From: Patescibacteria group bacterium
GTDB lineage: Bacteria > Patescibacteriota > Patescibacteriia > Patescibacteriales > WJLG01
Direction of reading: 5' to 3'
DNA: 64,000 nucleotides
NCBI GenBank assembly: GCA_028707065.1
Contig: JAQTUZ010000004.1
Location: forward strand, 6,656-70,655
A model generated the notes under the pieces. That model was given only the letters and a program-made list of their open reading frames with translations. It was not told the DNA's origin and made no database searches. The first letter of the stretch is position 1. Each line of letters opens with the position of its first letter. Of the stretch, positions 9,899-17,617 are shown in pieces. The translations under genes and the position numbers were made by a program.

Positions 9899-11635
9899 TT
9901 ATTCTTGCGTTACTCTCATCACTTCTTCCAGGTTGGTCAGGCCGCTGACCGCTTTGATAAAACCGTCTTCCACCAGGCTGAGCATACCTTGTTTTTCCAC
10001 CTGTTTTTTCAATTCGGCGGTGTCGATCGTGTTGGTGATGAGTTCGGCCATTTCCGGAGTCATTTCCAGGGTTTCGTAAACGCCGATCCGGCCCTTGTAG
10101 CCGGAATTGTTGCAACGATTGCAACCTTGGCCGCGATAAAAGGTGATTGATTCCAGGCTGTCTTTAGTGCTGATGTTTTTTCCCCTTTCCAGCCGGGCCA
10201 GGATGTCGGTGATATTCAATTGTTTTTCAATGTCTTCGATGGCTTTATGGGAAAGGTGAAAAGGCTGTTTGCAGTAAGGGCAGACTTTTCTGACCAGGCG
10301 CTGGGCGATGATCAGGTTGGTCGTCGAAGCGATCAAAAACGAAGCAATGCCCATTTGCGCCAGGCGCGGCAAAGTCGTTACGGCATCATTGGTGTGCAAG
10401 GTGGACAAAAGCAAATGGCCGGTCATGGCGGCGTTCACCGAAATCTTGGCGGTTTCTTCATCGCGGATCTCGCCGACCATGATAATATTGGGGTCTTGGC
10501 GCAAGAGCGATCTTAAGCCGGCCTCGAAACCAAAACCGATCTTGGGATTGATCTGGGATTGATTAATATGCGGGATGCGGTACTCGATCGGGTCCTCGAT
10601 GGTGGCGATATTTACCTTGGGCGTGTTCAGTACGCTTAAGATCGTATAAAGCGTAGTTGTTTTTCCCGAACCGGTCGGGCCGGTGACGATGATCATGCCG
10701 TGCGGCTTGGTAATATTTCTTTTGACGATTTCCAGCGAGCCGGACAAAAAGCCGAGATTTTCCAAGCTAAGCGCCTGGGCTTTTTCATCCAATAATCTGA
10801 TCACGATCTTTTCGCCGTCAAAAGTGGGGATGATCGAGACGCGGCAAGAGACGCGGTATTTATCGGTGTAAATCTTAAAGCGTCCGTCTTGCGGCAAGCG
10901 GTGTTCATCGACTTTCAGGCTGGAAAGGATTTTTATTCTGGCGACAATGCCGGGCTGGACGTTTTTGCCCAGCGTCATCACATTATATAGTATGCCGTCG
11001 ATGCGGTAGCGGACGATCACGTCGTTTTCTTCCGGTTCGATATGGATGTCCGAAGCGTCTTTGAACATTCCGTATTCCAAAAGATCGTTGACGATGCGGA
11101 CGATCGGCAGATTGGCGGCGATTTTTTCCAGTTCTTCCGGCCGGTTGATCTCCATGCCCTCGCCTTCTTTTTTGGGCTCGCAAAAATTTTTGATCTCGGC
11201 ATTGATGGTTTCGCGATATTGTTTCAGCCCTTCTTTGATGCTTTCCGGAGTCGTCAAATAGACTTCAATTTCATAACCGGTTTTTTTTCTTAAAAAATCA
11301 AAAATTTCCAGATTTTCCGGATCGAGCACGGCGATCTTCAAGACATTGCCCGCCATAGTAAAGGCGATCAGATCGTGGGCGACCGCGATCGGCTCCGGAA
11401 CATTGAGCAGGGCATCTTTTTGGATGGTCTGTTCTTTCAAATTGACGAACGGCACTTTGAAATATTTGGCGGTTTCTTTGGCCAGATCTTCCGGAGCGAT
11501 GATTTTTTTCTCCGCCAGCAGGTCTTCGATCTTTTTGTCGTTTTCCGCGGCTTCGCGGGACAATTTATCAAAGTCCTCCTCGCTGATGATTTTGGCGCCG
11601 GTCAGAATATTTTTTAATTGTTGCTCGTTAAACAT
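9899..11635 (-). CDS. pilB: type IV pilus assembly ATPase PilB (GspE family)
   Basis: N-terminal MshEN/T2SSE_N-like domain, Walker A GPTGSGKTTT, Walker B IIMVGEIRD, His box GHLLLSTLHTNDA and a tetracysteine motif (CPYC…CNRC). SD AAGGGGG lies upstream of the ATG. Confidence 0.9.
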   Translation of the reverse strand: MFNEQQLKNILTGAKIISEEDFDKLSREAAENDKKIEDLLAEKKIIAPEDLAKETAKYFKVPFVNLKEQTIQKDALLNVPEPIAVAHDLIAFTMAGNVLKIAVLDPENLEIFDFLRKKTGYEIEVYLTTPESIKEGLKQYRETINAEIKNFCEPKKEGEGMEINRPEELEKIAANLPIVRIVNDLLEYGMFKDASDIHIEPEENDVIVRYRIDGILYNVMTLGKNVQPGIVARIKILSSLKVDEHRLPQDGRFKIYTDKYRVSCRVSIIPTFDGEKIVIRLLDEKAQALSLENLGFLSGSLEIVKRNITKPHGMIIVTGPTGSGKTTTLYTILSVLNTPKVNIATIEDPIEYRIPHINQSQINPKIGFGFEAGLRSLLRQDPNIIMVGEIRDEETAKISVNAAMTGHLLLSTLHTNDAVTTLPRLAQMGIASFLIASTTNLIIAQRLVRKVCPYCKQPFHLSHKAIEDIEKQLNITDILARLERGKNISTKDSLESITFYRGQGCNRCNNSGYKGRIGVYETLEMTPEMAELITNTIDTAELKKQVEKQGMLSLVEDGFIKAVSGLTNLEEVMRVTQE

Positions 11636-11665
11636 ACATTAGACCCCCTTTTAATTATTTCTATT

Positions 11666-11674
11666 ATTATAACA
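11666..11674 (-). promoter_or_regulatory. extended -10 promoter element (TGTTATAAT) for the pilB operon
   Basis: The minus strand reads …TATATGTTATAATAATAG… about 30 nt upstream of the SD/ATG of pilB. There is no good -35, consistent with a TGn-type promoter. Confidence 0.5.
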
Positions 11675-11700
11675 TATAATGCGACTTTTGGAGAATTTCA

Positions 11701-11738
11701 TAACACGTAACACGTAACACGTAACACGTAACACGTAA
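11701..11738. repeat. tandem heptanucleotide repeat (TAACACG)x5
   Basis: Five perfect consecutive heptads, read directly. They lie in the divergent pilB / HD-gene control region, immediately upstream of the putative pilB promoter. Confidence 0.95.
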
Positions 11739-11803
11739 AAATAGTTTTTTCTGTTATGATAAAAAGAAGGAAAATTGATTTTGTCAAATTATTTTTTCAG
11801 CAC

Positions 11804-11834
11804 CGTTACGTGTTATGTGCTATGTGTTATGTAA
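11804..11834. repeat. inverted, degenerate copies of the heptad (CGTTACGTGTTATGTGCTATGTGTTATG)
   Basis: Reverse-complement-related to 11701-11738. The two could pair as a long interrupted hairpin. A third patch lies at 13304-13332. Confidence 0.8.
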
Positions 11835-11856
11835 TAAAGGTGATAAAATAAATAAC

Positions 11857-12447
11857 ATGAAATACAATTACGCCAAAATAATTCAAGAAGTAAAAAGGTT
11901 GGTCAAGGCGGCCAATGATTCGCCGCGCAATAAATACAGCGCTTCGGTTTGGAAATACCATTTGGAGCTGGTCGCCAAGTACGGTTTGGCGTTGGCCAAG
12001 AAACTAAAAGCTGATGCCGAAGTGGTGGAGTTGGCAGCTTATTTGCACGATTACGCTTCTTTGCTCAATGTCAAAAACGCCGCCCAGCACCATCTGGCCG
12101 GAGCGAATTTGGCCGGAAATATTTTGCGAGATTTGGGGTTGCCCGAAGCCAAGATCAGGGCGGTCAAAAAATGCATTTTTTCCCATCGCGGCAGTGTCAA
12201 GATAAGAAAGCAGACCTTGGAAGCCAAGATCATCGCTTCAGCCGACGCCATGTCCCATTTTTATTATCTGCCGGATATGTTTTATCTCGCTTACGGCGTT
12301 CATAAATTCAAAACCGACGAAGGCGCGGCCTGGCTTAAGGCGAAGTTGCAAAGGAGCTGGGATAAAATAGTTTTGCCCGAGGCGCGGGTGATGATCAGAA
12401 AGGACCGGAAGTTATTTTTTGAAGTTTTGGACCAGGTATTAAAATAA
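11857..12447 (+). CDS. HD-domain phosphohydrolase
   Basis: H…HD signature (AAYLHDYASL) with downstream His and Asp residues (FSHRGS, SADAMSH). ATG at 11857 is preferred because the upstream ATG lies inside the heptad repeat patch. Confidence 0.7.
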   Translation: MKYNYAKIIQEVKRLVKAANDSPRNKYSASVWKYHLELVAKYGLALAKKLKADAEVVELAAYLHDYASLLNVKNAAQHHLAGANLAGNILRDLGLPEAKIRAVKKCIFSHRGSVKIRKQTLEAKIIASADAMSHFYYLPDMFYLAYGVHKFKTDEGAAWLKAKLQRSWDKIVLPEARVMIRKDRKLFFEVLDQVLK

Positions 12448-12504
12448 CCAATATTCAAAATAATAAATAAACAGTTTGATATCTGAATTTTCGCCAATAA
12501 ATGG

Positions 12505-12714
12505 TATTCAACCGCAGGTCAAGACCCGCCCCCCTATCTTTTCTGTTGGGTGTCCCCGCCACAAGTGGACGAGATCTTTATCGGCGCTCGCTCGGAAATA
12601 ATCCCCGCGAGGCGCGGGATCATTTCACTCACTCGCTTGATAAGCAAGGTTATCGGCGCTCGCTCGGAAATAATCCCCGCGAGGCGCGGGATCATTTCAC
12701 TCACTCGCTTGATA
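12505..12714 (-). repeat. copy 1 of a ~136-nt structured intergenic element (reverse orientation, with an internal duplication)
   Basis: The reverse complement aligns along its length with 44223-44358 and 62522-62657: TATCAAGCG…GAAAT(A/G)ATCCCGC-loop-GCGG(G/A)GATTATTTC…AGAAAAGAT…TTGA(A)TACC. Confidence 0.85.
12579..12714. repeat. perfect 64-nt direct repeat x2 (period 72 nt)
   Basis: TATCGGCGCTCGCTCGGAAATAATCCCCGCGAGGCGCGGGATCATTTCACTCACTCGCTTGATA occurs at 12579-12642 and 12651-12714, separated by AGCAAGGT. Confidence 0.95.
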
Positions 12715-12747
12715 ATAAAAAAAGACCGGTCGCGAGATCGGTCTTTT
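12715..12747. terminator. bidirectional intrinsic terminator-like hairpin
   Basis: A-run, AGACCG-N10-CGGTCT, then T-run. Confidence 0.6.
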
Positions 12748-12960
12748 GCCTGCTTATTGGCCGGCAGTAATAGTTTTTTGATAAGTAGATAGTTTTACTC
12801 GTTTCTTGCCCGGACGATTTTTCGCGCTAGCGGAGCTAGCCGTTTTTATAAACGGCGCATTATCTTTTTGTGGCCGCTGATTGTTATGGCAGAAATTCGG
12901 GTATCAGTCATCGGGCCTCCGTGAGGAAAAGGTTAAAATCCATCAATGGCGCGGGGAAAA

Positions 12961-13248
12961 TTAAAAATTTTCGACTGCTCGCAGTTTCCGGATCAATGAC
13001 CTTTTCAGTTTCATCAATCTTGAGTCCTTGGCCGAGATGCGGGTAACAAAGTTTCCGGAGACAAAATCATTTTTAGGGAAAACGCCGCCTTTTGACGCGC
13101 CTTCCGGCCGCAAAAGCTTAGTTGAGTATAAGCCGAGCTTCTTGTCTTCACCGGCGATCTTTACAAAAGCGCCGGTGAGCGTGATGAAACAGCTTCCTTT
13201 TCTGATAGGCACAAGCTTCTCCTTTGTTGATGGTGGAAAAAGGTGCAT
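12961..13248 (-). CDS. hypothetical protein (doubtful)
   Basis: 95-aa ORF with a protein-like, beta-rich composition, but no SD before the ATG and no recognisable family. Confidence 0.25.
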   Translation of the reverse strand: MHLFPPSTKEKLVPIRKGSCFITLTGAFVKIAGEDKKLGLYSTKLLRPEGASKGGVFPKNDFVSGNFVTRISAKDSRLMKLKRSLIRKLRAVENF

Positions 13249-13342
13249 TTTTGCTGACTAATCAAATTAACACAAATTAATAAAAAAAGCAAGCCACGAT
13301 CGCACAACACATAACTCGTAACACGTAACATGTTTCCTCTGC

Positions 13343-13433
13343 GCCATGCGGCAGTCCCCTAATCGGGAGACTGCCGCATGGCAAGGGAGTAAGAGGTCGC
13401 AAGTCCCCTGATCGGGAGACTGCCGCATGGCAA
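13343..13433. repeat. two direct copies of a hairpin element (CCATGCGGCAGTC-CCCT(A/G)ATCGGGA-GACTGCCGCATGG)
   Basis: Copy 1 (13343-13384) has perfect 13-bp arms. Copy 2 (13402-13433) keeps the loop and right arm, but its left arm is degenerate. Confidence 0.85.
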
Positions 13434-13485
13434 AGAACAGGTTACTTAGTGACAAAAATTATTAATTTTGTTAAAATATTTTTGT

Positions 13486-13566
13486 ATGAAAAATCAAGGA
13501 GGGAAAATATTTTTGATCTTGGGCGTTTTGCTATGTCCGGGATTTTTTATTGGCTTTGGCAAATAA
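13486..13566 (+). pseudogene. relic duplicate of the 5' end (signal peptide) of the LTD-protein gene
   Basis: ATGAAAAATCAAGGAGGGAAAATATTTTTGATCTTGGGCGTTTTGCTATGTCCGGGATTTTTT nearly matches 14084-14146. The copy reads MKNQGGKIFLILGVLLCPGFFIGFGK and then stops. Confidence 0.7.
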
Positions 13567-13595
13567 AAAACCCGCCAGTGAAATGTCCTGGCGGG
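13564..13595 (-). terminator. intrinsic terminator of the 87-aa membrane protein gene
   Basis: On the minus strand: CCCGCCAG-N9-CTGGCGGG followed by TTTTTTT. Confidence 0.8.
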
Positions 13596-13621
13596 ATAAT
13601 GACTCGTCCATGATCTGCAGC

Positions 13622-13885
13622 TTACGCCCAGGCCATGATTCCTCCTATTACAATGAGGATAAGCCCGAGATTTCTGAAGAACGTTCCTTGCAGCCAGATC
13701 GGAGCGCCACGACCGTCCTTTACTGTGTTCCGGGAAAGGATCCACCAGCCGGCAACTACCAAGCAAACGCCGAAGAAACCGGTACCCAGGTTGGGATTAT
13801 TCTTGTGCTTGTCGCTTATGCAGGAACAGAGAATGCAACTGAAAGCGCATAAAGTACACAGGAATGAAGAAATGTAAAAACGCAT
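13622..13885 (-). CDS. small Cys-rich membrane protein
   Basis: 87 aa with 2-3 hydrophobic helices, SD AAGGGGG 6 nt upstream of the ATG, and its own terminator. Confidence 0.55.
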   Translation of the reverse strand: MRFYISSFLCTLCAFSCILCSCISDKHKNNPNLGTGFFGVCLVVAGWWILSRNTVKDGRGAPIWLQGTFFRNLGLILIVIGGIMAWA

Positions 13886-14083
13886 AAGAGCCCCCTTGTT
13901 TGTTGTGGTGATTTTTTTTGGCCTTTATCAGATTATCATCTGATAAACGTTGATTTACCAGTGGATTTTTCAAAGATCTCTTTTGACATCCTATCTAATC
14001 ATAAGCCGGCATTTTTGTCAATATCGGCAAATCGGCGTTGCTGCCGGAAAAAAGTTAAATAATTCGGTAAAAAATTACTGGCT

Positions 14084-16867
14084 ATGAAAAATTGGGGAGG
14101 AAAAATATTTTTGATCTTGGGCGTTTTGCTATGCTCGGGATTTTTTGTTACGCAAAAATGCCAGGCGGCTTCGGCCGGTGACGTTGTAATCAGCGAGATC
14201 GCTTGGATGGGAACGTTAAATAGTGCTAATGATGAATGGCTGGAATTGGCGAATAAGACGGATCAAGACATAATAATTGAAGGCTGGACTATAACTTTCG
14301 GCACCAGCACGCCGAAAAAAATTGAAAAATGCAAAATTAATCAGCCTTGCGCCATCCCGGCCGGAGGATTTTTTCTGCTGGAGCGCACCGACGATACCAG
14401 CGCCCCGCCGCCGGCTGATTTGATTTATACCGGCGCTTTGAATGATAATGGTGAAATTTTGGAATTAAAAAATGATTCGGGCGTCACGGTCGACCGGCTT
14501 GACGCCTCGGCAAAATGGCCGGCCGGAAATAAAGATTTAAGATCAACCATGGAACGAGCGGCTGATAATTCTTGGTGCGATAGCCAATCGCCCGGCGGGA
14601 CGCCGAAAGCGGCAAATGATTGCGCGGGCGGAAGTTCGGCGCCGGAAACGCCCGAGCCGCCGCCAGCGGAAAGCGGCGGAAGTTCAGTGCCGGTTTATCG
14701 CTACGGCGACGTGCTGATCAACGAATTCGTCAGCGATCCGGCCGCGGGAGAAAACGAATGGGTGGAATTGTATAATCCGAGCGGCGGGGAAATATCGCTT
14801 GAGGGCTGGACGATCGCCGACGGTTCGGGCGCGGAAACTGCGCTGTCCGGCGGTTTTGATGAAACTGATTATTATTTTTTCGTCGCGGAAAAATTCAAGG
14901 GCGCTTTAAATAACGACGGTGATGAAATTAATTTATACAGCGATACCCATAATTTGATCGATAAGGTTATTTATGGAAAGTTCGGCGCCTTGCCGGCGAA
15001 TAATGCTCCGGCGCCGGGAAAAGGCGAGTCAGCAGCTTTAAAAACCGACGGACAAGAAGCTGTTTTTGATAAAGATAGTTACGCGGTCACTGATTCTCCG
15101 ACCAAGGGCAAAAGCAATATTATTTCCTCGCCGGTTGAAGAAAACAATGATGATACGGCGGCCGCCGGCGCTGAAACCGCCGGCAAAATAATGATCACGG
15201 AAATTTTTCCCAATCCGATCGGCTCGGACCGGGAAGGGGAATTCATCGAACTTCATAACGCAACCGATCAGGCGATTGATCTGGCCGGCTGGCGGATTGA
15301 AATTGAAGGCGGAAAAATTTTTGAGTTTGGCAGATTTTTCAATCCCACCCGGACGCTCTCCGCCGGAGAATACTTTGCGCTTTTTCGGGCGGCCAGCAAT
15401 TTGATCTTGGACAATAACGGCGGGAAGATCCGCTTGTTCGCGCCGGGCAAGAGCAAGGCCGCGCAATTATTGGAATATGGCCCGGCCGGCGAAGGTTTGA
15501 GTTTTGCTGATACGGAAAATATCAATTTAAAGAACGCGGCCAGCTCGACCAAGAATTTTTTGCGCAATTCTTTGCTGCTTAACCGCTGGGTTTGGAGCGA
15601 TTTGCCCACGCCGGGCGCGCCCAATCAGATCAGAACCGCCAATCACGCGCCGAAAATAAGTTTTTCAACGCCGGATAAAATTATCACCGGCGCGCCGATG
15701 GTTTTTGACGCTTCTGATTCTTTTGATGAAAACGGCGACACAATCTCTTTTGTTTGGGATTTTGGCGATGGCGCGCGATTGAATCTGGAAACACCGGCGC
15801 ACGTCTTCATGCGGCCGGGAAATTACCCGGTAAAATTGACAGCCAGCGACGGGCAAAATTTTTCCACGCTGGAAAAAATCATCAAAGTCACGGGCGCTTC
15901 TTTTGGCAATGCGGCGGTGCTGGGAGAAAAAATCGCGGCCAATAATATTCCGATTGAGTTGAAAAATAATTTGCCTGCTAAAAAAATAAGCCCTAAGCCG
16001 AGCGCGGTCGCGGCCACGACGGCGAGCAAGAATAATTCAGCGGTGAAAGTCGCGGTTGCTACGCCAACAATTAAACCAAGCGCGCCTGGAACCGCGATAG
16101 ATAAAATAAAGCTGGGCGCGGCTTGGAAAATTTCCGGAACCGTCATTGTCTTGCCCGGGATTTTCGGCGTCCAATATTTTTATATAATAAATAATTCCCC
16201 TCTCGGGATCACCGCCGAGGCGGGACAGGGGGGTGGCGACGCCCCTGGCGGAGACGGGGTGGGTCAGCCGGCGGTGAAAATTTATAATTATTACAAAGAT
16301 TTTCCCGCTTTAGCGATCGGCGACATTGTCGAAGTAAACGGCGTGATCGGCGGGTCAGAAGCTGATAAATATTTAAAAACTAAAAGCAAGGCCAATATAA
16401 AAATTTCGAGCCATGGCGATCCGCCCGTTCCGGAAAAAATAAATGCCGCCGGATTTAAAGAAGAAAATTTGGGAAAATTCGTGCAAGCCGAGGGCGAAGT
16501 CGAGTCGCGAAGCGCTCAAGAGATGAAACTTTTCGACGGCCAGGGCGATATCAATTTATATTTCAAAAGCAACGCCAAGATCGACGTTAAAAATATTCCG
16601 GCCGGAGCCAAAATCACGGCTATCGGTTTATTAAGCAAAGTTTCCGGCGGCCTAGCCATTTTACCCCGCAATCAAGCTGATTTGATTTTAGCCACGACGA
16701 CTGAAGACGCAACCGGCCAAGTTCTTGGCGCGGCCACCGGCTCCTCGGCCTGGACTTTGCCTGCCCGCTCGAATAATTCTCAGCTTCTTTTATATATCTT
16801 GATCGCTGCCGGCGGAGTAATCATTATTTTAGCCATTGTACTTTTAAAAAAATATTTAGCCAGATAA
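14084..16867 (+). CDS. surface protein with three lamin-tail (LTD) domains, a PKD domain, an OB-fold-like region and a C-terminal TM anchor
   Basis: Signal peptide. LTD-type segments: VVISEIAWMG…NDEWLELAN, VLINEFVSDPAAGENEWVELYNPSG, IMITEIFPNPIGSDREGEFIELHN. PKD segment: FDASDSFDENGDTISFVWDFGDG…YPVKLTASDG. C-terminal helix: LLLYILIAAGGVIIILAIVLL. Confidence 0.8.
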   Translation: MKNWGGKIFLILGVLLCSGFFVTQKCQAASAGDVVISEIAWMGTLNSANDEWLELANKTDQDIIIEGWTITFGTSTPKKIEKCKINQPCAIPAGGFFLLERTDDTSAPPPADLIYTGALNDNGEILELKNDSGVTVDRLDASAKWPAGNKDLRSTMERAADNSWCDSQSPGGTPKAANDCAGGSSAPETPEPPPAESGGSSVPVYRYGDVLINEFVSDPAAGENEWVELYNPSGGEISLEGWTIADGSGAETALSGGFDETDYYFFVAEKFKGALNNDGDEINLYSDTHNLIDKVIYGKFGALPANNAPAPGKGESAALKTDGQEAVFDKDSYAVTDSPTKGKSNIISSPVEENNDDTAAAGAETAGKIMITEIFPNPIGSDREGEFIELHNATDQAIDLAGWRIEIEGGKIFEFGRFFNPTRTLSAGEYFALFRAASNLILDNNGGKIRLFAPGKSKAAQLLEYGPAGEGLSFADTENINLKNAASSTKNFLRNSLLLNRWVWSDLPTPGAPNQIRTANHAPKISFSTPDKIITGAPMVFDASDSFDENGDTISFVWDFGDGARLNLETPAHVFMRPGNYPVKLTASDGQNFSTLEKIIKVTGASFGNAAVLGEKIAANNIPIELKNNLPAKKISPKPSAVAATTASKNNSAVKVAVATPTIKPSAPGTAIDKIKLGAAWKISGTVIVLPGIFGVQYFYIINNSPLGITAEAGQGGGDAPGGDGVGQPAVKIYNYYKDFPALAIGDIVEVNGVIGGSEADKYLKTKSKANIKISSHGDPPVPEKINAAGFKEENLGKFVQAEGEVESRSAQEMKLFDGQGDINLYFKSNAKIDVKNIPAGAKITAIGLLSKVSGGLAILPRNQADLILATTTEDATGQVLGAATGSSAWTLPARSNNSQLLLYILIAAGGVIIILAIVLLKKYLAR

Positions 16868-16962
16868 ACGGCAGAATTTCCGGCGGCAGCCATAGGTTTA
16901 TTAAGAAAGGAAATTCGGGCAAAGCTTGCAATTTTCGGCAAAAAGTATAAAGATAAAAACAT

Positions 16963-17415
16963 ATGATCAACGGCGTAGTTATCAAAGAAGTGAAAAAAAA
17001 TATCGACGAGCGCGGCTGGCTGGCCGAAGTTTTTCGCCATGATGAAACGAATTTTCAGGAAGCGATGTGTTATGTGAGCTTAACCAAGCCCGGCGTGATC
17101 CGCGGCCCGCATGAACACGTGCAACAGGCCGATTGTTTCGTTTTTCTCGGTCCGGGCGCGTTTGCCTTGCATCTTTGGGACCGCCGCCCCGGATCAGCGA
17201 CGGCCGGCGAATATTTGAAAGTCGTGGTCGGTGAAGACAATCCATCTTTGGTTATCATTCCGCCGGGAGTGGTGCACGGCTACCAATGTATTTCCAAGCA
17301 ACCCGCCTGGTGTTTGAATTTTCCGGACAAATTGTACGGCGGCGAGGGGAAAAAAGAAGAAGTTGACGAGATCCGCTGGGAAAAAGATCCAAACTCGCCT
17401 TACAAGATTGAATAA
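16963..17415 (+). CDS. rfbC: dTDP-4-dehydrorhamnose 3,5-epimerase-like cupin
   Basis: DERGWLAEVFR…IRGPHEH…IIPPGVVHGYQ matches the RmlC-type pattern. At 150 aa it is short, so a related sugar epimerase or isomerase is possible. Confidence 0.65.
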   Translation: MINGVVIKEVKKNIDERGWLAEVFRHDETNFQEAMCYVSLTKPGVIRGPHEHVQQADCFVFLGPGAFALHLWDRRPGSATAGEYLKVVVGEDNPSLVIIPPGVVHGYQCISKQPAWCLNFPDKLYGGEGKKEEVDEIRWEKDPNSPYKIE

Positions 17416-17434
17416 AATGTTATTTTGAACTTCT

Positions 17435-17604
17435 TTTGTCATCCTGAGCCTCTGGCGAAGGATCTATTTTGAATTAGATTGGGATATAGTTGAAAAATTT
17501 TTTATGATAATCGTTGGTGATTAAGGCAATTGCTCAAAATTTATATCTCGTGTATCGGCGTATTGCGATAATAGATCCTTCGCGCGGCGCTCAGGATGAC
17601 AAAA
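17435..17604. repeat. MITE-like element: 35-bp terminal inverted repeats (TTTTGTCATCCTGAGC-N6-CGAAGGATCTATT) around ~100 bp
   Basis: The left arm (17435-17468) and right arm (17570-17604) are reverse complements except for the central 6 nt. The element lies between convergent rmlC and rmlD. Confidence 0.8.
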
Positions 17605-17617
17605 TACAAAAATCGTC

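Noticed and set aside
12579-12714. Possible CRISPR array.
   Set aside because: There are only two repeat units of 64 nt separated by 8 nt. No spacers of plausible length and no cas genes are present in the window.
12501-12792. ORFs 12501..12770 and 12550..12792 spanning the 64-nt direct repeats.
   Set aside because: Their peptide repeats are simply translations of the duplicated structured element. The same element occurs in both orientations elsewhere without a conserved frame.
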